Below, one piece after another: positions 9,268 through 18,006 of a stretch of 64,000 nt of DNA (position 1 is the stretch's first letter; every line of letters begins with the position of its first letter). Position numbers and translations under genes: made by a program. Source of the stretch: an archaeon (GTDB lineage Archaea > Aenigmatarchaeota > Aenigmatarchaeia > GW2011-AR5). The stretch lies in NCBI GenBank assembly GCA_028279825.1, contig JANQNA010000003.1, positions 114,266 through 178,265 on the forward strand, written 5' to 3'. A model generated the notes under the pieces. That model made no database searches. It worked only from the letters and a program-made list of their open reading frames with translations, and was not told the DNA's origin.

Positions 9268-10047
9268 CTACTCCTTTTTAGGAAATTCACCCTTCAGAGC
9301 ATCCGATGCTATTTTCTTTGCATCAGGTAAAAAATCTTTACTGATCATCCACCCAAGAAAACCCGACTCATTTTCGACCAGATAAGATAATGACTTGCCT
9401 CTATGTGGACCGAAATTTATTACAACCTCTTCACCTACCCAGACGAATTTACCTTCTTCATCAAGCCAGTTCGGGTTTCTTCTTTCATTACAAAAGTCAT
9501 GTAATTCGCGCATAGTTTTGGGTAAATCAGAGTATTGTTTTAATTGAGATTCCAGAATTTCAAATGTTGCTCTAACATCAGATTCAGAAGCGTGATGATT
9601 CTCCATTTCTTTTCCACAATATTTTTTATATGCTGCAGACAGATCTCGGGGATCATATTTATGATAAATTGTCTGAACATCCAAGATGTGACGTCCTTGC
9701 CTCGAGAATTCAACACCTGCTCTTCTAAACTCAGACTCAAGGATAGGAATGTCAAATCTTTTTACATTAAATCCACCAAGATCACACCCTTCTAAAAATT
9801 CTATGAGTTTTGGTGCGTATTGTTTAAAAGTTGGCTTATCTTGTATATCCGCATCAGTTATTCCATGAATAGCAGTTGCCTCTGGTGGAATAGGAACTCC
9901 TGGATTGATTCTTGTACTCAATATCTCCTCACTTTTATCGGGAAAGATTTTCAGAGCTGTTAGCTCTACAATTTTATCAGAAGGAGGACTAACTCCAGTA
10001 CTCTCCACATCGATAAAGACAACAGGTCTATTCAATTGAATATCCAT
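9268..10047 (-). CDS. DEDDh 3'-5' exonuclease (DNA Pol III epsilon / ExoX-like)
   Basis: DVESTG, GFNVKRFD and HHASESD motifs; C-terminal FGPHRG; start reassigned to MDIQL. Confidence 0.9.
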   Translation of the reverse strand: MDIQLNRPVVFIDVESTGVSPPSDKIVELTALKIFPDKSEEILSTRINPGVPIPPEATAIHGITDADIQDKPTFKQYAPKLIEFLEGCDLGGFNVKRFDIPILESEFRRAGVEFSRQGRHILDVQTIYHKYDPRDLSAAYKKYCGKEMENHHASESDVRATFEILESQLKQYSDLPKTMRELHDFCNERRNPNWLDEEGKFVWVGEEVVINFGPHRGKSLSYLVENESGFLGWMISKDFLPDAKKIASDALKGEFPKKE

Positions 10048-10143
10048 ATCAACACCCACTATTAGTAAGGTAGTAAAATACAAAAGGCTAAAGAAATAAT
10101 CCCAAACAACATATTTTAAATTCAAAGGTATCTATGAAAATTC

Positions 10144-10452
10144 ATGGACGTACTATTGGTTATGATTCCAATATTGTCATTTGTATTGGGTTATTTTTTA
10201 CCACAATCAGAAATCAGAGAATTTGAAAAACAAATTGCTCTCATTGTTGGCGTTTCTAGTGCCCTTAGTCTCTTGAATTTAATGCCTAGTAGCTTAATAA
10301 TAGACTCAGAGACAATGTCAACTTTTCTAAAAAATTCTGTAGGGATCATAATTGATACAACTTTAGAGACAGTCATGATTGCAATTATAAGCTCTGTTCT
10401 TGGTATAGTGGGCGTCGTGATCGGAAAAAACACTGAAATCGGTTGTGTATAA
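10144..10452 (+). CDS. Small membrane protein
   Basis: Three hydrophobic segments. Confidence 0.6.
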   Translation: MDVLLVMIPILSFVLGYFLPQSEIREFEKQIALIVGVSSALSLLNLMPSSLIIDSETMSTFLKNSVGIIIDTTLETVMIAIISSVLGIVGVVIGKNTEIGCV

Positions 10453-10558
10453 ACATCATAGCTTATAGTTCTTTACATTCTGTGATAATAGTCACAAGTA
10501 ATATATGACAAAATCTTTATTAATGAACGGTTTATTATAAGTACAGAATATATGGACA

Positions 10559-10996
10559 GTGTTAGTAATGATTAAGACTTTTGAAGCGGGATTCACTTTA
10601 CACCCTGCGGTTAATAACGGCAAAAGAAGTCAAAGATTAAGACCAGTTATAGAATTACCATTTAGATATGCTAGTGGCGAATCCTTGGATATATCATCTC
10701 TAATAGACTCTGGGGCAGATAGAAGTGTGTCATTTAAAGAGGTCGGGGAGGGTCTTGGAATAAAATTTGTCGGAAAACCGTCAGAGCCTGTTACAGGAAT
10801 AACTGGAGAGGAAAGTGCGTGGCAAAAACCAGTTTATGTTACGATAGGAAATGAAACTATCCATATTGATGTACTATGGATGGACAGAAAATTTGATCCT
10901 GATTCTGATTTTATGATGTCTCTTGGGCGAGAAAAAATATTCGACGTGTTCGATGTTTCCTTCACAAGAGATAAAAAAATAATATTTTCAAAATAA
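10559..10996 (+). CDS. Retropepsin-like (clan AA) aspartyl protease
   Basis: RPVI, LIDSGAD, VTGITG and LGRE..FDVF motifs. Confidence 0.88.
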   Translation: MLVMIKTFEAGFTLHPAVNNGKRSQRLRPVIELPFRYASGESLDISSLIDSGADRSVSFKEVGEGLGIKFVGKPSEPVTGITGEESAWQKPVYVTIGNETIHIDVLWMDRKFDPDSDFMMSLGREKIFDVFDVSFTRDKKIIFSK

Positions 10997-10998
10997 AA

Positions 10999-11214
10999 TT
11001 ACCAGGCCATTATCTTTTCTTTCTTTGGGTAACTTGTTATACCTATTTTTCTATTGGCGTAATTTTTTCGCAAAGCTGTAAGAACTTCTTTTATAGAATC
11101 ACCAAATAAAACAGCTCTATTATCGACCAGACCAACTATCCGACCCTCATATTTTGTGGAGTTCAAATCTCTAACATTTTTCGAATCAGAAGTCCTTAGC
11201 ATCGTGATAGCCAT
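10999..11214 (-). CDS. DUF5678-like small protein
   Basis: KYEGRIVGLVDNRAVLFGDS..EV pattern, typical of the DUF5678 partners of aspartyl proteases. Confidence 0.7.
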   Translation of the reverse strand: MAITMLRTSDSKNVRDLNSTKYEGRIVGLVDNRAVLFGDSIKEVLTALRKNYANRKIGITSYPKKEKIMAW

Positions 11215-11436
11215 AAATACCGCCTTTATAGGAACCTTTATAAGTAAATAACGCACCTAAGTCGTATTTAAACGTTTTTCACACTTTTGGTCATTTCAAC
11301 GGGTTTTGGTGTTTTTAAGTTTTGGAGCACAAAGGTCAATCATTTTACTATGATATATATGTGTGCAAAAAAATTTAACTTATTATGAATCCTTGATATC
11401 TCTTGTCAAAAACACAAATAACTTATTTGTAAACTT

Positions 11437-12120
11437 CTAATCATCTTCAGCATATTCTTCATCTGATTCTAAACCCTTTTTAGATCTGGTTATTTTTTCG
11501 TCAATATGCTCGTATACAACATTTGGTTTAATAGTCTCATCTTCTCCACCCGTTTCTTCGTGGTCCTTAGTTGTTTGTTCAGGTTTGCTTGTATTGAATA
11601 ATTCCCATTTGATTTTTTTCGCCTCAATGACCTTTTTTAGTTGACGTTCTTGTGAATTTAGAGTACTCTTTCCGCTTTTGACCTCTAGGAATATGACTTT
11701 TTTGATATCTTTTTTGCCCATGCCATCAAAAATAACAAAATCAATAGGAGCACCCATAAATTTCATATCAGAGGGGTTGTATGGAAATTTCGGCAGATAC
11801 GGGGATACTTGTTCCCACATTTTTCCAATTATCGTTCTACGTGATCTCTTGACAGCATCTTCACGTAGATACTTTTCAGATCCTTTTATCATATCTTTTA
11901 TCTCAGCAAGATCAGAAGCATATTTCATCTTCCAATCTTTGTCGAGTCCTTCGAATTTCAATTTCCACTCATTATTCTGTTCATTGAGTTCATTCTTCCA
12001 CTTTTCATCCAATAGTTTCTTTTTGTCTCCCCATTTACCTTTTTCACCCGCACGCTTCCCTAAAATGACACCAACTAGTAATGTGAGAGAAACTATGAGG
12101 ATCAATAATAAATCCATCAT
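11437..12120 (-). CDS. Membrane-anchored endonuclease related to Holliday junction resolvase (Endonuc_Holl family)
   Basis: N-terminal TM plus coiled coil, then SR..IIGK.WEQ.SPYLP, FMGAPIDFVIFDG and EVKSGKS.L. Confidence 0.88.
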   Translation of the reverse strand: MMDLLLILIVSLTLLVGVILGKRAGEKGKWGDKKKLLDEKWKNELNEQNNEWKLKFEGLDKDWKMKYASDLAEIKDMIKGSEKYLREDAVKRSRRTIIGKMWEQVSPYLPKFPYNPSDMKFMGAPIDFVIFDGMGKKDIKKVIFLEVKSGKSTLNSQERQLKKVIEAKKIKWELFNTSKPEQTTKDHEETGGEDETIKPNVVYEHIDEKITRSKKGLESDEEYAEDD

Positions 12121-12176
12121 CACACCTAATTTTAATAAATTGCCAAAATACATAAAGACTAGGGGTGGCAAGTGGT

Positions 12177-13247
12177 ATGAAATATAGTATAAGAGCTGTG
12201 GGTATTACAGTTTTGTGTATCTGTATTTTGTCCGCCAGTGCCTACGCCATTCCAGTTGGATTTATTGATATGAAATTGGACGAAAATCTAGATAAATTAC
12301 ATGTTAAAACAATGATAATGAATCCTGAACCCGTTACAAAGGGATGTCATGACGATTTAGGTAATTGTACAAAAGAATTTATGTTTACAACATGGTCTTG
12401 GCTTGCTACAGATACACCAGAAGAGGCGGAATTAAGAACACAGAGAATGTATATATTTTCTCATCCAGAAACAAAAGCTTACAAAATCGATAACTGTTCA
12501 GATTTAGCTATCGGATATATATTAGAGCCAAATATTTTATTGAGACTTAATCGAAGTAAGGATCCACCATTTGATATTGATATTCTTCCATCCGAAAACA
12601 CAACCATTTCACTTGCAATCTTAAATGATTCACACTCTTCCTGTACTTATTTTGATTTTTTTTATCTGAATCCAAACCTAGTGGATAAAAGAAATCAGTT
12701 TTTTTACCCCTTTGATACGTACACTGCCGTAATAGGAATATACATACCAGGCAAACCTTATGCAAATGTAGAAATGGAAGTTCCAGATGATTTTAAAATT
12801 AACAATATAATGAGTTCACCTACCACCAACAAAAAATTCAATACCGAAAATATAGCATTTGTTGCATATAACTTATACGAAAACAAAACAACAGTAACAA
12901 TAACTTTCGCAAGATATAAAGACTTATCAGATTTCATATACCCATTATTTTCACTATTAACACTGCCTATTATAATCATGTTTTATGTTTTTTACTTATA
13001 CAAATCAAAAGATGAAACAACCAATAAAAATATAAAATATTTAGGCTTTGTTTTTATTACCCTGCCGTTATTTTTTAATTTTGCATCATTTTATACTGAT
13101 AAACCTAGTGTTTTTACCGTACTCGATATTAGCTTTATTTTAAGCGTCTTATTTATGATATTTGGTTTGTATATAATCCAAAAAACAAAAAAAGTAAAGG
13201 GTAAGAATAAGCATATAAAACAAGTCATTTGTAATACACAAGGTTAA
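12177..13247 (+). CDS. Exported/membrane protein with three C-terminal TM helices
   Basis: Signal peptide, FYPFDTY motif and C-terminal hydrophobic helices. Confidence 0.7.
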   Translation: MKYSIRAVGITVLCICILSASAYAIPVGFIDMKLDENLDKLHVKTMIMNPEPVTKGCHDDLGNCTKEFMFTTWSWLATDTPEEAELRTQRMYIFSHPETKAYKIDNCSDLAIGYILEPNILLRLNRSKDPPFDIDILPSENTTISLAILNDSHSSCTYFDFFYLNPNLVDKRNQFFYPFDTYTAVIGIYIPGKPYANVEMEVPDDFKINNIMSSPTTNKKFNTENIAFVAYNLYENKTTVTITFARYKDLSDFIYPLFSLLTLPIIIMFYVFYLYKSKDETTNKNIKYLGFVFITLPLFFNFASFYTDKPSVFTVLDISFILSVLFMIFGLYIIQKTKKVKGKNKHIKQVICNTQG

Positions 13248-13251
13248 GGAG

Positions 13252-13404
13252 ATGACCATCAATATGAAATGCTCAAGATGCAGTAAGAAAGCCGAATTTC
13301 TTATTCCCAGTATAAAAAAAGGTCTTTGTGAGGATCATGCAGTTGAACACTTATCGGATACAAAAAATCAAGGATTTTTACTAAAGATTGAAAAGAAGAC
13401 ATGA
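13252..13404 (+). CDS. Small zinc-finger protein (50 aa)
   Basis: Hand-translated MTINMKCSRCSKKA...LCEDH; AAGGAG upstream. Confidence 0.55.
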   Translation: MTINMKCSRCSKKAEFLIPSIKKGLCEDHAVEHLSDTKNQGFLLKIEKKT

Positions 13405-13728
13405 TTGACGTTTATAATCATGGAATCCAAGAACCTATATCAGTTGATACATGAAGGTCTGGAGGGATGGCGTAAAACAGGAGTTCTTCCAAATGGAGAA
13501 AAATGGTTCCCATATGACCAAGTACAAACATCGCCACACGTGAGAAGATTCCAAGTAAGTTCATTTACATCGTTGTTTTGCTCAAAGTTCAACATGAATA
13601 GACAAATAGCCATATCAGTTCTTAGATATCTTGAGGATTCTGATATTATCAAGATTGTCTGGCAAAGTCCAAGAGGTTCTTATTTTAATTTGTTAAAATG
13701 CGACCAATTCAAAAAAAAGAAATCATAA
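13405..13728 (+). CDS. Hypothetical protein, possible winged helix
   Basis: Helix pattern followed by a beta-hairpin (LEDSDIIKIVW..RGSYF). Confidence 0.5.
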   Translation: MTFIIMESKNLYQLIHEGLEGWRKTGVLPNGEKWFPYDQVQTSPHVRRFQVSSFTSLFCSKFNMNRQIAISVLRYLEDSDIIKIVWQSPRGSYFNLLKCDQFKKKKS

Positions 13729-14341
13729 AGAATTGTAAATATAGATCAAAAATATCTTTTTCTTTTTTGTTTAATTTGTTATTATTTATGTAAATATGTG
13801 GAACAAAACTCATTGCTAAATCCATAAAAGTATATTTTCTCTTTTGCTTTTGATAAAAAACTAGTTTATTCGTACCGATGATAATATGTTTTTTACCTGA
13901 TAACATACACGAACTTACCATATCATCTTTTATTTTTGAAACATATTTTTTATTGAAGTAATCATTTCTCCATGTGGGGGAAACGGAGATTTCTTTAATG
14001 ACGTCTTTAAAGTGTTTTCTTAGGGTTTCAATTATTTCTTCGATCACACCTTCTTTTATAAACCCTATTTGAGTGTTTGCAGTGATGCCAAGTTTAACAA
14101 TTGGATCCAGATTATAATCATAAATAACTGTATATCTTTTTCCAGTTTTTGGTATTTTATATCGCTTAATAAGTTTTGCAGAGGACATCTGTTTAAGGTA
14201 TTGATTAACTACAGGTTGTTTGAATCCCGTGTCTTCAGAAATGTCATGCTCCGTTTTCTTTCCACTAGCTACAGACAAAAATACTTGCAACATACTGTTA
14301 CTTTTCCATATATCCTTGATTTTTTCCATTACAGACACCAT
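13709..14341 (-). CDS. ArsR-like winged-HTH transcriptional regulator
   Basis: TEHDISEDTGFKQPVVNQYLKQM..AKLI HTH; start reassigned to MVSVME. Confidence 0.75.
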   Translation of the reverse strand: MVSVMEKIKDIWKSNSMLQVFLSVASGKKTEHDISEDTGFKQPVVNQYLKQMSSAKLIKRYKIPKTGKRYTVIYDYNLDPIVKLGITANTQIGFIKEGVIEEIIETLRKHFKDVIKEISVSPTWRNDYFNKKYVSKIKDDMVSSCMLSGKKHIIIGTNKLVFYQKQKRKYTFMDLAMSFVPHIYINNNKLNKKEKDIFDLYLQFFMISFF

Positions 14342-14369
14342 TATAGGTAATAACCTATTATTACCTATA
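14342..14369. promoter_or_regulatory. Perfect 12-bp inverted repeat, putative operator
   Basis: TATAGGTAATAA-CCTA-TTATTACCTATA between the divergent HTH and RHH genes. Confidence 0.7.
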
Positions 14370-14403
14370 TAGATATATAAGATTATCATTCATATGTTTC
14401 ATT

Positions 14404-14532
14404 ATGTCAGTAAAAAGAATTTGTTTGTCAGTAGAAAAGGATTTATTAGAAAAAATAGATTTGACACGTGAAGATGTTTCAAGAAGTAAATTCATTGCAC
14501 GAATTCTTCGAAATAAAATTGATGCTCTATGA
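14404..14532 (+). CDS. Ribbon-helix-helix (CopG-like) protein, 42 aa
   Basis: Hand-translated MSVKRICLSVEKDLLEKIDLTREDVSRSKFIARILRNKIDAL. Confidence 0.75.
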   Translation: MSVKRICLSVEKDLLEKIDLTREDVSRSKFIARILRNKIDAL

Positions 14533-14687
14533 AAAATAATTTAACACTTTATCAAATTTTGACGTCTCCCCTTGATAATGAAATTGAGAGATATATGAGA
14601 CGACAAGGCCTAGGCTGGTATATTTCTCGTCGCAAGAAATTTCAGAGGTATTTGATTAAGCAGCATGAGGGTGATTCTGGTGTATAA
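14529..14687 (+). CDS. Small basic hypothetical protein (52 aa)
   Basis: ATGA overlap with the RHH gene. Confidence 0.45.
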   Translation: MKNNLTLYQILTSPLDNEIERYMRRQGLGWYISRRKKFQRYLIKQHEGDSGV

Positions 14688-14804
14688 GTATGTGTATTTA
14701 CCATCGACATATCACATTGAATATGGATATACATATAATGTGTACGAAGTTCCTGTTAAGGGTTCCCATTGTCAATACACATACACAATAGGAGACGCAT
14801 TGTC

Positions 14805-15062
14805 ATGAAGCATCGAATAAATATATTGGTCGATTATCAAAATTGGAGAGATTTTGTAAAACTCAATGGAAAGGGTGGGCTAAGTAGATTCGTTGATGAG
14901 AAAATATCTGAATATCTAGAAAAAATGCGTTTGCGATGGTGGATTGTATGTCCCGAATGTAAGCAAAAGGTCCACATACGAATAGTTCTTAATAATGGTG
15001 GTCATTGTGATAAAAACAATTGCAAAGGCGTTATAGCAGAAAAAATCAACGGGGTGAGTTGA
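14805..15062 (+). CDS. RHH-like plus zinc-finger protein
   Basis: RINILVD...GGLSRFVDEKI followed by CPEC...C...C. Confidence 0.6.
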   Translation: MKHRINILVDYQNWRDFVKLNGKGGLSRFVDEKISEYLEKMRLRWWIVCPECKQKVHIRIVLNNGGHCDKNNCKGVIAEKINGVS

Positions 15063-15063
15063 A

Positions 15064-15330
15064 ATGGAAGTATTTGAGGAGAGAACATCATTGCTAAAAC
15101 TGGATGGTCTTACACCAGCAGAATTAGGCTTTATTTGCTACGCTATTCAAAAGGCCATGATAGATGCCAAAAAGGAAGATATTCTATACATAGATGCGGA
15201 TATCAATTGTCCTTTTTATCTATCGTTTGAGGAAGCTAAGGCACTTCTTGAGAAAATAAAAAAGGTGTGTATACGGGATGAAATGCGTTTTGCTATGGGT
15301 GTGGACCCAGAAATAGCAAAGATAGCTTAG
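15064..15330 (+). CDS. Hypothetical protein
   Basis: GGGGTGA ribosome-binding site; starts 1 nt after the previous stop. Confidence 0.6.
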   Translation: MEVFEERTSLLKLDGLTPAELGFICYAIQKAMIDAKKEDILYIDADINCPFYLSFEEAKALLEKIKKVCIRDEMRFAMGVDPEIAKIA

Positions 15331-15388
15331 CTTTGTTCTGGAAAAACCATCGAAAACATAACAATTCTCCATATTTTTTCGGTAATTT

Positions 15389-16018
15389 ATGATATTCATG
15401 GGAAAGTTGACTGTAGAGGACTGTAAAATATTATCAGTCAGGGAAGTTTTGAAGGGGGTAACAAATCCAGAGACCATTAGAGATAGAGATCTAGTGGAAT
15501 ATGTCACTATCGTGGTGGGAATAAACGGATGGGATGGCAAATTCGACCAGAGAATAGGATTTGTACAAACACCAACTCAATTTAATGGATTCAGAGTCTG
15601 GTTTAAATGTCCGCATTGCACTACAAAGGTAAATAAAATTTATTCGCCTCAGGGAAGATATCCATTCGCATGCCGTAAATGTTATAGATTAGACTATGAA
15701 CTGCATCTTAAGGGCAAAACTAAGAGATATTCAGCCATAAAATGTCGGAAAGCAGAAGAAAAATATTTCAAAACACATGGTAATTCAAAGAAATATGAAA
15801 AAAGACGTAATGAATGGCTTTTTTGGCGGAAAAAGAGGGATATTTATCTTATAGAAATGTGTATGAAAACAAGTCGGGAATTTGAAAAAATTACCTCACG
15901 CCACAATATTGGAGATATAAAAGATGATTGCTATCAGAACTTTAATCCCAAAAGAAGAGAAAGAAGGCACCATCCAGCTAAGCTAATTGGTATGTGCTCA
16001 AAGCTTGGGTGGTGGTGA
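15389..16018 (+). CDS. Zinc-finger protein of a type seen in mobile elements
   Basis: GFRVWFKCPHC...KIY...FACRKCYRLDY. Confidence 0.7.
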   Translation: MIFMGKLTVEDCKILSVREVLKGVTNPETIRDRDLVEYVTIVVGINGWDGKFDQRIGFVQTPTQFNGFRVWFKCPHCTTKVNKIYSPQGRYPFACRKCYRLDYELHLKGKTKRYSAIKCRKAEEKYFKTHGNSKKYEKRRNEWLFWRKKRDIYLIEMCMKTSREFEKITSRHNIGDIKDDCYQNFNPKRRERRHHPAKLIGMCSKLGWW

Positions 16019-16045
16019 GTGCATCCATTTTTGTCATAAAGAGAA

Positions 16046-16369
16046 TTAATTGTTATCTTTGGGCGATATTTTTTCAAGACTTATTTTCAGTTCTTTTGCC
16101 TTGTCAAGAATTTGTTCACGTTTTGTAGCATCGGTCAACCTATAACGTTTCTCTTTGAAACCACTACCTTTTCCAGATAGACCTTCCTCTACCAATCCCA
16201 TAACTATCATTTCGCGCAACACTTTCTGTAGACCGCCGTCCGTGAGTCCAGCAGCCTCTTTAAGATCAGTCCACCTCTTTGGTCCAGACTCAAGTGCCTC
16301 TAATACAGAGTAAGTGCTATCGCGCATAAGTATCGCCACAGATTTCCATTCCTTAGGAGCATAACGCAT
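16046..16369 (-). CDS. HxlR-like winged-HTH regulator
   Basis: GPKRWTDLK...LTDGGLQKVLREM...GLV...YRLT. Confidence 0.85.
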   Translation of the reverse strand: MRYAPKEWKSVAILMRDSTYSVLEALESGPKRWTDLKEAAGLTDGGLQKVLREMIVMGLVEEGLSGKGSGFKEKRYRLTDATKREQILDKAKELKISLEKISPKDNN

Positions 16370-16471
16370 TATAGGTTATTGCAATATCTAACTTATAAGA
16401 TATATACACTCTATTAGAATATAAAATATCTAATAGATAGTTATATAAAGGTACGAGTTAATAAACTATTT

Positions 16472-17023
16472 ATGAAAAATAGATGGACAGCAACTATCAT
16501 AGTTGCTATAATCTTAATTGTTGGATGTACTTCAAACGATACAACCTCAGGTAGTACAGAAATAAATAAAATAGTAGCACAGTCCCAGGCTGAAATAAAT
16601 TGTCCTTTCTTGAACAAAAACATTGTATTACAAAGCACGCGCATACCCGAAAAAGATACACTTTGGACATGGCACGATTACGGTAACTATAAGCCTGAGT
16701 TTAGTAAATATAGATTTGGCATATCATGTTCAATGGGAAATGAGGCAGGCGAAAACAAGAATTATTTTTACTGCAAATTTGACACAGGATGTGTAGAAGT
16801 TACTGAGAAAGATGTAATAAAAGGCTACCTGAGAACTTACGCTAAAGCTGGTTATAAAGTCACCGATTCTATGATTGATCACGTGAATGAATACGGATCT
16901 GATTCAACTGGTCGAGTGAATTTAACATCGTACAACATAAGTGCTGAAATGATGGAATGTGTTTCAAATCAAAAAGAAAATAATGACATTGTAGACTGTC
17001 ATAAATATGAGCCTCCATTTTAG
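16472..17023 (+). CDS. Putative lipoprotein
   Basis: Hydrophobic signal ending IVGC. Confidence 0.7.
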   Translation: MKNRWTATIIVAIILIVGCTSNDTTSGSTEINKIVAQSQAEINCPFLNKNIVLQSTRIPEKDTLWTWHDYGNYKPEFSKYRFGISCSMGNEAGENKNYFYCKFDTGCVEVTEKDVIKGYLRTYAKAGYKVTDSMIDHVNEYGSDSTGRVNLTSYNISAEMMECVSNQKENNDIVDCHKYEPPF

Positions 17024-17133
17024 ATATATCACCTTCTGAAAAACTAAGAAATTTTATTGACGGAAGAAGCAATGAAAATACTCCCAAAAGATAATAGAAT
17101 TAATTTAAAAAAATTTGTTATATAAATCTTATA

Positions 17134-17853
17134 ATGTCAAATACATTTTTTAAAAATATTGTATTAGTTTTATTAATTTTATCTGTTTTTTTTGTTGCTG
17201 GGTGTACAAATCCTAAAAATTTGAATACGGATACAGTTAACGAAAACATAAAGAAAATTAATGACTCTGTGGTTGAAATATGGGGTTGCCAAGTTCCAAT
17301 AGAGAGAAATCCCATCTGTGAATTAAGTCCAGGATTTTCTTTTAATGATAGAGGCAATATAATGACCACATATCATACAATAAAAAACAATCCTTATAGG
17401 TATATAGTTTTTTCTAATGGCACAAGACAAGCAGTACCTGAAACAAGTTCATTGTATGCTTTTAGTGAATACCAAGATTTAGCTTTTTTAATTATTGATA
17501 CAGATGTTCCAAAGGTGATTTTTGAAAATTTTACAATAAGTGAAAGTGATATGCGTAATAATTCAGTAGGCTTCATAGGGTTCCCTAATGGCGTTAAAAT
17601 AAAGACTTTAGCTGTAGGAAAAATTAGTGACATAGTTAGGGATTCTGAATATTTGTTTACTGTTTTTAAGATAGAGGGATCAGTTTATTCGGGTAACAGT
17701 GGAAGTCCCGTGTTTTTAATGGATACAGGTAAAGTGATAGGTGTTTTGGTTAAAGGTGATCATAAAACAAATCTTACAGGTTTTGCTATACCTCTTGACA
17801 GAACATACTTGGATGAATTTGATAAATCCTTGAACAGTGTAGATTCCAGGTAA
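17134..17853 (+). CDS. Trypsin-like serine protease, lipoprotein
   Basis: VAGC lipobox; triad motifs TTYH, DLAFL and GNSGSP. Confidence 0.88.
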   Translation: MSNTFFKNIVLVLLILSVFFVAGCTNPKNLNTDTVNENIKKINDSVVEIWGCQVPIERNPICELSPGFSFNDRGNIMTTYHTIKNNPYRYIVFSNGTRQAVPETSSLYAFSEYQDLAFLIIDTDVPKVIFENFTISESDMRNNSVGFIGFPNGVKIKTLAVGKISDIVRDSEYLFTVFKIEGSVYSGNSGSPVFLMDTGKVIGVLVKGDHKTNLTGFAIPLDRTYLDEFDKSLNSVDSR

Positions 17854-17880
17854 GCATACAAAAACTAATTATTGAACAAA

Positions 17881-17888
17881 TTTATAAA
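17881..17888 (+). promoter_or_regulatory. Archaeal TATA box
   Basis: TTTATAAA with a purine-rich upstream segment, beginning about 28 nt before the GGGCAC start of the structured RNA. Confidence 0.55.
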
Positions 17889-17907
17889 CTTCAAGTCTAA
17901 TAATCTT

Positions 17908-17998
17908 TAGGGCACATGGTGCCGAGTCGGAGTCTAAGGCCCCGAAAGGGTTCGGTCGTTTGGCCGCCGAAGGCAAAGAACACTTGGGACGTGCCCTA
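17908..17998 (+). ncRNA. Putative structured RNA / 5' leader, family not recognised
   Basis: TAGGGCAC/GTGCCCTA closing stem, GTGCCGAGT/ACTTGGGAC inner stem, and hairpins CCC-GAAA-GGG, CGGTC-GTTT-GGCCG and GCC-GAA-GGC. 55/87 G+C in 17910..17996 within AT-rich DNA. Confidence 0.7.
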
Positions 17999-18006
17999 TC
18001 TTAATT

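Noticed and set aside
17910-17990. Resemblance of the structured RNA to an HDV-like ribozyme (ends in TGGGAC) or to a tRNA (D-arm-like GCCGAG...CTAAGGC)
   Set aside because: The pairings I can find are nested, with no double pseudoknot, and there is no TTCRA T-loop or 7-nt anticodon loop. Kept as an unknown RNA.
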